From NCBI GenBank assembly GCA_026387835.1, contig JAPLKZ010000010.1, positions 176,379-208,378 of the forward strand: DNA of 32,000 bases, read 5' to 3'. The DNA comes from Candidatus Saganbacteria bacterium. GTDB lineage: Bacteria > Margulisbacteria > WOR-1 > JAKLHX01. Of this stretch, positions 17,369 to 25,080 are shown piece by piece. The notes under the pieces are model-generated. The model did no database searches and had not been told where the DNA came from. It saw only the letters and a list, made by a program, of their open reading frames with translations. The position numbers and the translations under genes are program-made. Numbering within the stretch: position 1 is the stretch's first letter; each line of letters begins with the position of its first letter.

Positions 17369-19531
17369 CTATCCTATTTTTTTCAATACTTCAAAATACT
17401 GTTTTATACCGTCGAATATAGCTTTTGCCACCTTTTCCTGGAAATCAGCGTCAGTTGCCAGCCTTTCCTCGTCAGAGTTGCTCAAATAAACCGGCTCCAC
17501 CAGAACTGAAGGCATCGGAGAATTGTAAATAACATAGAATTTCACTTGCGCAAGACCTCTGTCCTGTCGTCCAAGCTCAGAAACTATGTCCCTGTGGATG
17601 AGCGAGGCCAGGAGCTTGCTGTTCGGATTGTAATAATAAGTCTCGGTGCCTGAGATGTCGCTTCTAAAAGAAGAGTTGTAATGCATGCAGATCAGTATAT
17701 CGGCTTTGTTGTTCCTTGCAAATTCCACTCTGCCGGCAAGGCTTATCTCGGCATCTTCTTCTCTTGACAAAAAGGGAACGGCTCCTGCATCCGACAGCAT
17801 CCTTATAAGCTTTTTTGCCGTTGCCAGGTTGAGGTCCTTTTCTTTTACACGGTCTCCCGAAGCTCCGAACGCGCCGGGATCCGAACCGCCGTGTCCGGGA
17901 TCGATAACTATCACTTTACCCCTAAGGATCTTTTCTTTCTTCAATTTTGCAGGTCTTGCCTCCTGAGGTGCGGAGATGTCCCCCTTTTCTACTCCCAGAG
18001 AAAAATATCTGTTGTCATCCGAAAGAACAGCGTTGAACGCCTGTTCTTTTGCAAGGTCAACGACCACTCTTGAGACAACAGGGTCTGTTTTGAACTGGCT
18101 CGCGCGTACTCTCAATACCCCGCCTTTTCCTATTTCGATGTGGTTAGGCCCCGCGTATATCGCTTCGGGGATATCTATTATTATCCTTTCCGGATCGGAC
18201 AACCGTCTCGTCTCAAAAAGCACCGGTTTTGTTGAAGCTATCTTGATCTTTACCGATTCCGATTCTTCCGTAAATGTCACCGCTGTCACCATCGGAGGAA
18301 AGCTTATGATAATTTGTTTATCGTTTTGCATTATTCTTGACGCCTGTTTTTCCTCTAAATATATTCCAACCTTGATGTCGCCGCCCGACTGGAAGGATTT
18401 TATTCCCTTTATCCCGTCTTCTTTTACCGAGATTTTTTCCGTATCAACATCTAATATGAAATTGGGTATCTTCAAGACAAATATCATCGGCCGGTCTTTT
18501 TCCTCTGTTTCAAAAGTCGGGACCTTTGAGCTTGCGGTCATCAGGACGGATTTTGTCCCGCCTACATCTTCCCATGAGATCTTTGTTATCCTCGGGGAAA
18601 TATATAAGGCCTTTGCGCCTTTATCCCATACCGCCCCGAGTCCCGCCCATTTTGCTGTCGGTATCAACGGGATAAAAAGCTTTCCGGCTTTTTTCTGAAC
18701 CGCAGCCTGCATCGTACGCTCTTTCCCGTTCACAGTGATGATATTTGAACCTGAGGTCATTCTGACCTCTACTTCGGTGCTCTGTCTCGCCGTAAGTGTT
18801 TTTATCTTTTTGTCAAAAGACGTCTCGAACCCGCAAAAAGAGAGAAAACCTACCGCCGGCACCATCAGGGTATTTTTAACAAATACAGGTTTTCTTCCGA
18901 TGTTCATTTTCTTGCCGTTCACATATACAGAAAAGGTTTTAAGTTTTGCAAATGGAGGAGATTTTATCCTTGAAGAAGGTATAATTTCTTTGCTGTAAGG
19001 TGACAGGCTTATTTCTGTTTTTTCTTCCTCGATCACCGACTCGGGTTTTGATACGGATAATTCAATTGCTTTTCTCCCGCTCGATTCAATAGTTGCCGCC
19101 AGAATATTGGCTGCTTCCGGCGATGGAGATCGTTCGATCACGGAGCTCGAATCTCCCGGATTGCCAAATCTAACTATTATTTTATTCCCGTTGTTTTCAG
19201 TGGCCACTTCATGGGCAACGTTCATTTTCAAGTCCACCACGACCCTCACATTATCGGGATGCACGCTGTTTTGCGCCCACCGTACCGACGATATCCTGTC
19301 GCTCACAACATCAAGGATCTTTTTGCCGCCGTCCCAGAACGTATCTTTGAGGTCGATCACAAGCCTGTCCGGCTCTTTCAATTTGAACATTTTTGGTTCA
19401 ACGGGGGATGAAAGTTCTATAGCTATCGAATCGGAGTTCTTTTTGGAGTCTACGGAAACACCGATCAACTGCCCTGCTGATACTGCGGAAGATATAAAAA
19501 ACAATAGAAAAAATATTAATGGTCTTTTCAT
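17369..19531 (-). CDS. N-acetylmuramoyl-L-alanine amidase with AMIN-like and copper-amine-oxidase-N-like domains
   Basis: 720 aa with signal peptide MKRPLIFFLLFFISSAVSA. AMIN-like segments occur (LVIDLKDT..., RIIIDIPEA..., VSRVVVDL). A middle stalk-like domain reads FSVYVNGKKM...LMVP. The C-terminal Amidase_3 reads VIVIDPGHGGSDPGA...ADILICMHYNS. Confidence 0.88.
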   Translation of the reverse strand: MKRPLIFFLLFFISSAVSAGQLIGVSVDSKKNSDSIAIELSSPVEPKMFKLKEPDRLVIDLKDTFWDGGKKILDVVSDRISSVRWAQNSVHPDNVRVVVDLKMNVAHEVATENNGNKIIVRFGNPGDSSSVIERSPSPEAANILAATIESSGRKAIELSVSKPESVIEEEKTEISLSPYSKEIIPSSRIKSPPFAKLKTFSVYVNGKKMNIGRKPVFVKNTLMVPAVGFLSFCGFETSFDKKIKTLTARQSTEVEVRMTSGSNIITVNGKERTMQAAVQKKAGKLFIPLIPTAKWAGLGAVWDKGAKALYISPRITKISWEDVGGTKSVLMTASSKVPTFETEEKDRPMIFVLKIPNFILDVDTEKISVKEDGIKGIKSFQSGGDIKVGIYLEEKQASRIMQNDKQIIISFPPMVTAVTFTEESESVKIKIASTKPVLFETRRLSDPERIIIDIPEAIYAGPNHIEIGKGGVLRVRASQFKTDPVVSRVVVDLAKEQAFNAVLSDDNRYFSLGVEKGDISAPQEARPAKLKKEKILRGKVIVIDPGHGGSDPGAFGASGDRVKEKDLNLATAKKLIRMLSDAGAVPFLSREEDAEISLAGRVEFARNNKADILICMHYNSSFRSDISGTETYYYNPNSKLLASLIHRDIVSELGRQDRGLAQVKFYVIYNSPMPSVLVEPVYLSNSDEERLATDADFQEKVAKAIFDGIKQYFEVLKKIG

Positions 19532-19544
19532 ATTTTAGTAATAT

Positions 19545-20861
19545 TCAGGGTCTTCTGATCATCTCTATCAATTTTTCCCTTTCGTTAAGGCTGGGATCGT
19601 CCAGGACTTTTTCCAGCAGATGCCCGAGCACCTCCCCCACCTTCGGCCCCTGTCCGATATTAAGCTCTCTCATGACATCCTGACCGTCAATTTTTAACTG
19701 TGAGACGGAAAGCGCATCCTGTTTTTCGATCACTTTTTCTATCCTGTTTTTAAGCTCCTTCAGGTATGCGGGGTCGACATCCCTTTCCATCGCTTTCATG
19801 TCAGCGATCCTCAGCATGAACAGGTCCTCGATATTTTCGATGCCTACCCTGTTGATAAAACGCCTCACAGCGCTGTCGGTCCATTCGTCCGTGTAATTGA
19901 ACATATGATTCTTTATCAGGTTTGAGACTTCTTCAATATTATCATTGCTGAATTTCAGGCGTTTCATTATCTTTTCCGAAACAATGGCGCTTTCAGATTC
20001 ATGGCCGTAAAAAGTATCTTCCTTTTTTGTGGAGGGTTTTGCAATATCATGGAACAGTGCCGCAAGCCGCACCATAGGAAGCTCTTTCGGGGCGTGATCG
20101 CAGGAATATATGCTGTGATGATAGACATCATATACATGATACGGCTTTGGCTGCTCGACCCCGAGGCATTCTTCAAGTTCCTGCATGACGATCTTTAAAA
20201 GCCCGGATTTTCTCATATATTCTATACCGACCGAAGGTTTGTCTGCGGACATCATCTTGATCAGTTCTTCGCGTATCCTTTCCGGAGCGACTTTTTTGAA
20301 CGTCCCGGCGGCTTTCGGGATCGCATCAAAAGTCTTTTGTTCGATACCAAACCCGAGTTTCGCGCCTAATCTGCAGGCTCTCATCGAACGGAGCCCGTCC
20401 TCCAAAAACCGCGCTAACGGATCTCCTACGGCCTTTAATAATTTTGAATTTATGTCGGTCTGCCCGTTAAACGGGTCGATCAGTTCGCTATTTACCGCGT
20501 CATAAGCGATGGCGTTGACGGTGAAATCCCTCCTCGAAAGGTCGTCTTTTATATCGGCAGTAAAGGTGACGCTGTCCGGATGCCTGCCGTCGGAATACTT
20601 TTCGTCGCTTCTGAAGGTCGTCACCTCAAAATCACCGTCTTCAAGCATCACGGTCACGGTACCGTATTTGAGCCCGGTCGGGACCACTTTTTCAAAAAGC
20701 GCCGTCACCTGTTCCGGCCTTGCCGATGTCGTGATATCCCAGTCGTATACAGGGGTTTTCATCAAAAGGTCTCTCACGCTGCCACCGACAAGAAAGGCCT
20801 TAAAACCTTTTTCGTTAAGAGCTTTTATGATATATAATACGCCGCAGGGTAATTTGAACAT
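19545..20861 (-). CDS. cca: CCA-adding tRNA nucleotidyltransferase with HD domain
   Basis: 438 aa. The polymerase-beta head motif reads FLVGGSVRDLLM, with DWDITT, RRDFTVNA and the HD motif LFHDIAKP. Confidence 0.93.
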   Translation of the reverse strand: MFKLPCGVLYIIKALNEKGFKAFLVGGSVRDLLMKTPVYDWDITTSARPEQVTALFEKVVPTGLKYGTVTVMLEDGDFEVTTFRSDEKYSDGRHPDSVTFTADIKDDLSRRDFTVNAIAYDAVNSELIDPFNGQTDINSKLLKAVGDPLARFLEDGLRSMRACRLGAKLGFGIEQKTFDAIPKAAGTFKKVAPERIREELIKMMSADKPSVGIEYMRKSGLLKIVMQELEECLGVEQPKPYHVYDVYHHSIYSCDHAPKELPMVRLAALFHDIAKPSTKKEDTFYGHESESAIVSEKIMKRLKFSNDNIEEVSNLIKNHMFNYTDEWTDSAVRRFINRVGIENIEDLFMLRIADMKAMERDVDPAYLKELKNRIEKVIEKQDALSVSQLKIDGQDVMRELNIGQGPKVGEVLGHLLEKVLDDPSLNEREKLIEMIRRP

Positions 20862-20869
20862 TGCAGAAT

Positions 20870-20898
20870 CAGTTTACAATAATAGGGGAATATTGTCA
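20870..20898 (-). promoter_or_regulatory. sigma70-like promoter TTGACA-N17-TAAACT, 8 nt upstream of the cca ATG
   Basis: A consensus -35 lies at 20893-20898 and a -10 at 20870-20875 (minus strand). There is no SD before ATG 20861. Confidence 0.55.
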
Positions 20899-20911
20899 AA
20901 AAATGCGGGTA

Positions 20912-21562
20912 TTATTTCAACAAATACACCGTAAAATCGTGTGGAAGATAGCCGTCAACAAATTTGATATTCTCTGTTACTTTTTTCAGATTATTCAGGA
21001 CTTCCTGCTTATCATGAAAATAAAACTTCTTTTTTTCCTGCTCGAGCAGATGTTTCGGTATAAGAGGGATCGCGCCATTACTTTGAAAATTTACAGCTAC
21101 CCCTCTTTGTGCAATTGCAAAAAGTTTAATCAGCTCCTCTGTGTAATATTTATGAATATCAAAATCTTCGGAGAACTTCAAATTGTAAAGACCTGAAGCG
21201 AGCACGAAATCATATTTTTCACTGTAAACGGAATCATTCTTTATCCTGAATTTCACCATCGGCATTTCCCTTTTGGCTGCTTCAATAAAGTCTTTATTTA
21301 TATCGACTCCCGTATAATCCAGTTTCCAGTTCTCTATCAATTTCTGGTCTTTTATGAACTTATAGAGGTGCCCGAGCCCGCAGCCAAAATCAAGTATGGT
21401 AATGGTCCCGGAAGTATTGACCATGGCGCATATCTTAAGAAGCTCGATAAACCTTGCCTGCTGAGTAAAAGGCGTTTCCCAGCACAGTGATTTATGGCTA
21501 TAACCGTGTTTTTTATAGAGATCGCCAAAGAATTTATTTTGGTCTTCTTCGTATGGATGCAT
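20912..21562 (-). CDS. class I SAM-dependent methyltransferase (substrate unknown)
   Basis: 216 aa with SAM-binding motif I ILDFGCGLGHL and an acidic post-I residue in YTGVDIN. I see no DNA-methyltransferase (D/N)PPY motif. Confidence 0.8.
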   Translation of the reverse strand: MHPYEEDQNKFFGDLYKKHGYSHKSLCWETPFTQQARFIELLKICAMVNTSGTITILDFGCGLGHLYKFIKDQKLIENWKLDYTGVDINKDFIEAAKREMPMVKFRIKNDSVYSEKYDFVLASGLYNLKFSEDFDIHKYYTEELIKLFAIAQRGVAVNFQSNGAIPLIPKHLLEQEKKKFYFHDKQEVLNNLKKVTENIKFVDGYLPHDFTVYLLK

Positions 21563-21569
21563 TCATGAA

Positions 21570-21578
21570 ATTATAACA
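21570..21578 (-). promoter_or_regulatory. extended -10 promoter (TGtTATAAT) 7 nt upstream of the methyltransferase ATG
   Basis: The minus strand reads GATGTTATAAT-TTCATGA-ATG(21562), with no SD. Confidence 0.5.
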
Positions 21579-21634
21579 TCGATTTATGATCTACATATTT
21601 CACCAACTATATATCAAAATATTTTAGAATGATA

Positions 21635-21916
21635 TTATTTCTGATGTAAGATGCGCCCCAACAAAACATTTGGAGCAATTTGAAGAGCTCTTGATATCTG
21701 GACAAATACAGACAAAGAAATATTTCTCGTGCCCCTCTCAATAGTTTGAATATATTTACTGTGTAAATCGCATATTTCCGCAAGCTCCTCGATCGTTAGC
21801 CCTTTTGTTTTCCTTAACCGTTTAAGCTCTTTTGCCATTGTTTCCAGCAATTTGTGATCCGGCTTATAAAATGATGTTGCTCGCATATATTTTTGTATGG
21901 ACACTATCATATCCAT
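21635..21916 (-). CDS. XRE-family helix-turn-helix transcriptional regulator
   Basis: The HTH reads LRKTKGLTIEELAEICDLHSKYIQTIERGTRNISLSVFVQISRAL. The start is uncertain: TTG 21937, ATG 21916 (TATATT 6 nt upstream), ATG 21910 or ATG 21838. Confidence 0.8.
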   Translation of the reverse strand: MDMIVSIQKYMRATSFYKPDHKLLETMAKELKRLRKTKGLTIEELAEICDLHSKYIQTIERGTRNISLSVFVQISRALQIAPNVLLGRILHQK

Positions 21917-21969
21917 TGTGGTAATATATACAAACAACCGATAGTATCTTTTTTGATGAGGAAATATAT

Positions 21970-22341
21970 ATGCGAAAAATGTTGCTGCTTGTCACTTTTG
22001 CACTGTTTTTATCGGGCTGCCAAACAGTAAATACTCCAAAAATTGGAAATTTAGAAATTGACGGGGCAATTTCGGCTGGTGTAAAAAGTTATGGGGCTCC
22101 CTATTTGTCAGGGTATATTAAAAACACTGGAAATAACACTGTTTATAATTCTCAAGTTGCCTTTACTGTTTATAGCGATTCAACAAAGAAAACTATCAAA
22201 GATACGGGACGCGGTTTCCCTGCAAGTTTAGGAGATATTCTTCCCGATATAAGAGCCCCTTTTGAGGCGGTATTTTTTGCTCTCTCCTCTACTGAATCTG
22301 TAGCAATATATGACTATAAGATTACCTGGCTAGAGGAATAG
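21970..22341 (+). CDS. lipoprotein, possibly FxLYD-domain-like
   Basis: 123 aa. The lipobox LFLSGC follows the MRKMLLLVTFA signal, and a GAGGA SD is present. GYIKNTGNNTVYNSQVAFTVY...VAIYDY resembles the FxLYD beta-sandwich pattern; this is a tentative call. Confidence 0.6.
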   Translation: MRKMLLLVTFALFLSGCQTVNTPKIGNLEIDGAISAGVKSYGAPYLSGYIKNTGNNTVYNSQVAFTVYSDSTKKTIKDTGRGFPASLGDILPDIRAPFEAVFFALSSTESVAIYDYKITWLEE

Positions 22342-22358
22342 CAACAAAAAAACATATT

Positions 22359-22634
22359 TTAAGCCGGGAGTAATTTCCCTTTTAAATATTCTTTCAACAT
22401 TATCTTTAATGCTCTTTTGCCTGCTGTTGTTTTAAAATAATCTTCTCTTCTTAAAGCGTCTTTTTGATTAAGATAGGCTTCGTAAAAAATAAGCTCTAGT
22501 GGCCTTCGTGGTTTTGTAGATACCACTTCGCCATCATTATGCTGTTTCAACCTTCTGGCGAGGTCTATTGTATAACCAATATAAAATTTATTGTCTTTTT
22601 CACTTTGAAGAACATAAACGTGGTGTTGTGTCAT
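22359..22634 (-). CDS. GIY-YIG nuclease family protein (small, URI domain only)
   Basis: 91 aa. The sequence YVLQSEKDNKFYIGYTIDLARRLKQHNDG...E matches the GIY-YIG core. Confidence 0.85.
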   Translation of the reverse strand: MTQHHVYVLQSEKDNKFYIGYTIDLARRLKQHNDGEVVSTKPRRPLELIFYEAYLNQKDALRREDYFKTTAGKRALKIMLKEYLKGKLLPA

Positions 22635-22724
22635 TTATTTTTGATCGTGATCAATGGACCATGAAGTAATTTGCTGCGTCCGGTTTGCCGATCACTTCAT
22701 TCCTTTATTTCTTGATCCGGCCTG

Positions 22725-22765
22725 CCATGAAGTTTTGCAAGCGAAGCGCAGCAAATACTTCATGG
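22725..22765 (-). other. hairpin overlapping the tmRNA CCA end and 3' trailer
   Basis: Minus strand: CCAUGAAGU-A-UUUGC / 12-nt loop / GCAAA-ACUUCAUGG, giving 14 bp with one bulge. No U-tract follows it. Confidence 0.45.
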
Positions 22766-23180
22766 TGGAGCTAGCGGGAGTCGAACCCGCGTCCGAAAAG
22801 TTTTAGATCTTAAGACCTACAAGCTTAGCCCTTTTTTTAGTTTCGCTCCCGGGGTAAACCAAGGACGGGGCAACCTCAGGAACTATCCTTGCTGTCTTGT
22901 TTTCCCGCTCATACCGAAGGAACGCATGATCGGGTATCCGGTCATATGACGCCTGTATCCGGACCGGCCGAAAGATCCGGCAGACGCAGCCCCTAAATTA
23001 TGAGAGGCTGAAAGCCGGCGATCCAGCGAGAACATCTGCATTGCAGACTACCCACTGAACGCGACCGACTAGATCTTTAAGTGTTTCTGCACTTATGTTT
23101 TGCTGTTAGTTTTACGAGGTGAACAGCACCTCGGCCTGCACTTAAGACCTCCCCCTTCCCGTCGAGACCCTTATAGCCCC
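22763..23180 (-). ncRNA. ssrA: transfer-messenger RNA (tmRNA, one-piece)
   Basis: The 5' GGGGCUA pairs with the 3' UAGCUCC-A-CCA, including the G3:U Ala identity pair. The T-arm is GCGGGUUCGACUCCCGC. Helix 2 pairs AGGUCUUAAG with CUUAAGAUCU. PK1 is GAGGUG-CUGUU-CACCUC plus a downstream AACAG. A candidate resume codon GCA lies at tmRNA nt 91. smpB is nearby. Confidence 0.93.
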
Positions 23181-23196
23181 CCGACTCGGTATTCCT

Positions 23197-23649
23197 TTAT
23201 TTCTTTGTCTGAATTTCTTTTTCCAGTATGCCCACGAACTCTTTGATCTGGTCCTGCGTCATGCTGTTCTCAAGGATATCGGCAAGTTCCTCCCATGAAT
23301 ACGCTTCTTCCATAAGGTCCTTATTTTTCTTTATCTTATCGATCTCGTCCTCGATCTCTTTCTGCAATTTCCTGTTGCCTTCTTCCATCGCCGCCTGCGC
23401 GTCAACGATGCCCGTCTCTTTTATTACTTTTTCAACTATCTCGTCAAAAGACAGTTCCTTTTCCTTCGCGTCATGGGCCAATGCCGCCATCCTTACGGCG
23501 ATGCCCCTCGCGTCAAGTTCGAACAGCTCCCTGGCGATGGAAGTCCGGCTGGGAGTGATCGGCCTTTGTACTTCAGTCGCTTCTTCCTTTTTTTTAGGCG
23601 GCATCGGCGGGACGACCGGGGCCGGGATCGAACCTGGGATTTTTACCAT
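23197..23649 (-). CDS. hypothetical protein (Pro-rich N-terminus, acidic helical C-terminal region)
   Basis: 150 aa. ATG 23649 has a strong SD (AAGAGGTGA) 6-7 nt upstream. The stop lies 16 nt before the tmRNA 5' end. I recognise no family. Confidence 0.75.
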   Translation of the reverse strand: MVKIPGSIPAPVVPPMPPKKKEEATEVQRPITPSRTSIARELFELDARGIAVRMAALAHDAKEKELSFDEIVEKVIKETGIVDAQAAMEEGNRKLQKEIEDEIDKIKKNKDLMEEAYSWEELADILENSMTQDQIKEFVGILEKEIQTKK

Positions 23650-23663
23650 TTTCTTTCACCTCT

Positions 23664-23894
23664 TTAAGTTTTCTCTAGATCTCCCTTTATTTGTGCTTTT
23701 GTCAGCAGCACCGCCAGCTTCATCGCGCTCGCTTCTCCGATGCCCGGACATTCCGATCTGAACATGTTCCTCACGGTATTGGCCAGATCAAGTCCCGTGA
23801 ACGACCGGTTTTTCGGTTTTCTGCCGGCCTCCCCCGGTTTGCTCTTGTTCTTCTGCGCTTTATCCGCGGGTTTTGTCTCGGTTATTCCTGTCAA
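23664..23894 (-). CDS. hypothetical small basic protein with a helix-hairpin-helix-like motif
   Basis: 76 aa. TTG 23894 has a GGGGAGAG SD 6 nt upstream. The N-terminus is Lys/Arg/Pro-rich. ECPGIGEASAMKLAVLL resembles an HhH motif. It overlaps the smpB 3' end by 35 nt. Confidence 0.55.
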   Translation of the reverse strand: MTGITETKPADKAQKNKSKPGEAGRKPKNRSFTGLDLANTVRNMFRSECPGIGEASAMKLAVLLTKAQIKGDLEKT

Positions 23895-24339
23895 CTAATT
23901 CTCTCCCCATGTCCCTGTCCAGGTCTCTTCTTTTTATTTTTTCCTTTTTATCGTACAGCCTTTTCCCTTTTGCGATGCCCAGTTCAATCTTCGCGTAATT
24001 TCCCAAAAAGTATATCTTTAACGGTATTATCGACAGCCCTTTTTCGGTCGCCCTGCCGGCCAGCTTTTTAATCTCCGTCCTTTTTAAAAGCAGCTTCCTT
24101 GTCCTCAGGGGGTTCATATCATCTTTTCCGGCAAATTTGTACGGGCTTACGTGCATACCGTACAGCATCATTTCCCCTTTTTCAGGGCGCGCGAAACTGT
24201 CTTTCAGGTTGATGCTTCCCCTCCTGATGGACTTTACTTCGCTCCCGCGGAGCACTATCCCCGCTTCGACGGTCTCTGATATGTCAAAATCGAAGAAAGC
24301 CTTGCGGTTTTCCGCGATGATCTTTTTATATCGTGGCAT
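23860..24339 (-). CDS. smpB: SsrA-binding protein
   Basis: 159 aa. IAENRKAFFDF, GIVLRGSEVKS, RTRKLLL and the basic C-terminal tail are typical SmpB. Confidence 0.96.
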   Translation of the reverse strand: MPRYKKIIAENRKAFFDFDISETVEAGIVLRGSEVKSIRRGSINLKDSFARPEKGEMMLYGMHVSPYKFAGKDDMNPLRTRKLLLKRTEIKKLAGRATEKGLSIIPLKIYFLGNYAKIELGIAKGKRLYDKKEKIKRRDLDRDMGRELVDRNNRDKTRG

Positions 24340-24351
24340 AATTATACACTT

Positions 24352-25080
24352 TTATTTATTTTCTATCAAGGAAATTATGCTGTCGCGAATTGTCTCTAAT
24401 TTACCGGCATTGATAGTCTCGCAGGCATTGCAGTTCTCATTTAAATCAACGGGTTTTCCGATGTTCACGCGCACTTCTGCGGGGTTTATAAAAAAGCCCC
24501 CTTTTTTCTGGATATTAAAACTTCCGGTTATGCCCACCGGAACGATCTTCGCGCCTGAATCAGCCGCGAGCACGAGGCTTCCCCTCTTGAACTGCCCGAG
24601 TTTTCCGTCACGGCTCCTGGTCCCTTCGGGAAAGATAAGCACCGGCTCTCCTTTTTTTACGGTCTCAGCCGTTATTTTCAGCGTGTTATGGGCTTTCTGT
24701 CCTTTTTCCCTGTCGATAGAGATATCACCTCTGTTCTTAATATACCATCCGAAAAACGGCACTCTGAACAGCTCTTTTTTTACCAGGAACCTGAAATTTA
24801 TCGGGAGGGCTGCGATCAGGATCGGGATATCGAAATTGCCCTGGTGGTTTGAGACGATCACTTTTGGCCCGTCAAAGCATAAGTTCTCCTTCCCGGAGAC
24901 AAAAAGACGTATGCCGGCGATCTTCAATACCGCTCTTGCCCAGGGCCGTGAGATATCTTCAAAGGCCTTTTTTCTGGGGCAACCTAATGTTATGAGAAAA
25001 AGCGCTGCGGCGCATCCCAGAAAGAAGGTCGAAACAGCAAAAATAACCGTCAATACCGTTAAAATAACATTTTTTAACAT
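24352..25080 (-). CDS. plsC: 1-acyl-sn-glycerol-3-phosphate acyltransferase
   Basis: 242 aa with an N-terminal TM segment. The acyltransferase motifs NHQGNFD and FPEGTRSRDG are present. Confidence 0.92.
   Translation of the reverse strand: MLKNVILTVLTVIFAVSTFFLGCAAALFLITLGCPRKKAFEDISRPWARAVLKIAGIRLFVSGKENLCFDGPKVIVSNHQGNFDIPILIAALPINFRFLVKKELFRVPFFGWYIKNRGDISIDREKGQKAHNTLKITAETVKKGEPVLIFPEGTRSRDGKLGQFKRGSLVLAADSGAKIVPVGITGSFNIQKKGGFFINPAEVRVNIGKPVDLNENCNACETINAGKLETIRDSIISLIENK

Noticed and set aside
17976-18698. 240-aa plus-strand ORF, with several shorter ones, inside the amidase gene
   Set aside because: It lies entirely antisense to a well-supported 720-aa CDS. The sequence is low-complexity and Ser/Phe/Ile-rich, as shadow ORFs typically are. 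No start context supports it.
22635-22762. attL/attR-type direct repeat of the tmRNA 3' end marking an integrated element
   Set aside because: The repeats present are inverted or short (CATGAAGT-type). They do not duplicate the T-arm or acceptor 3' segment, and no integrase gene is in the window.
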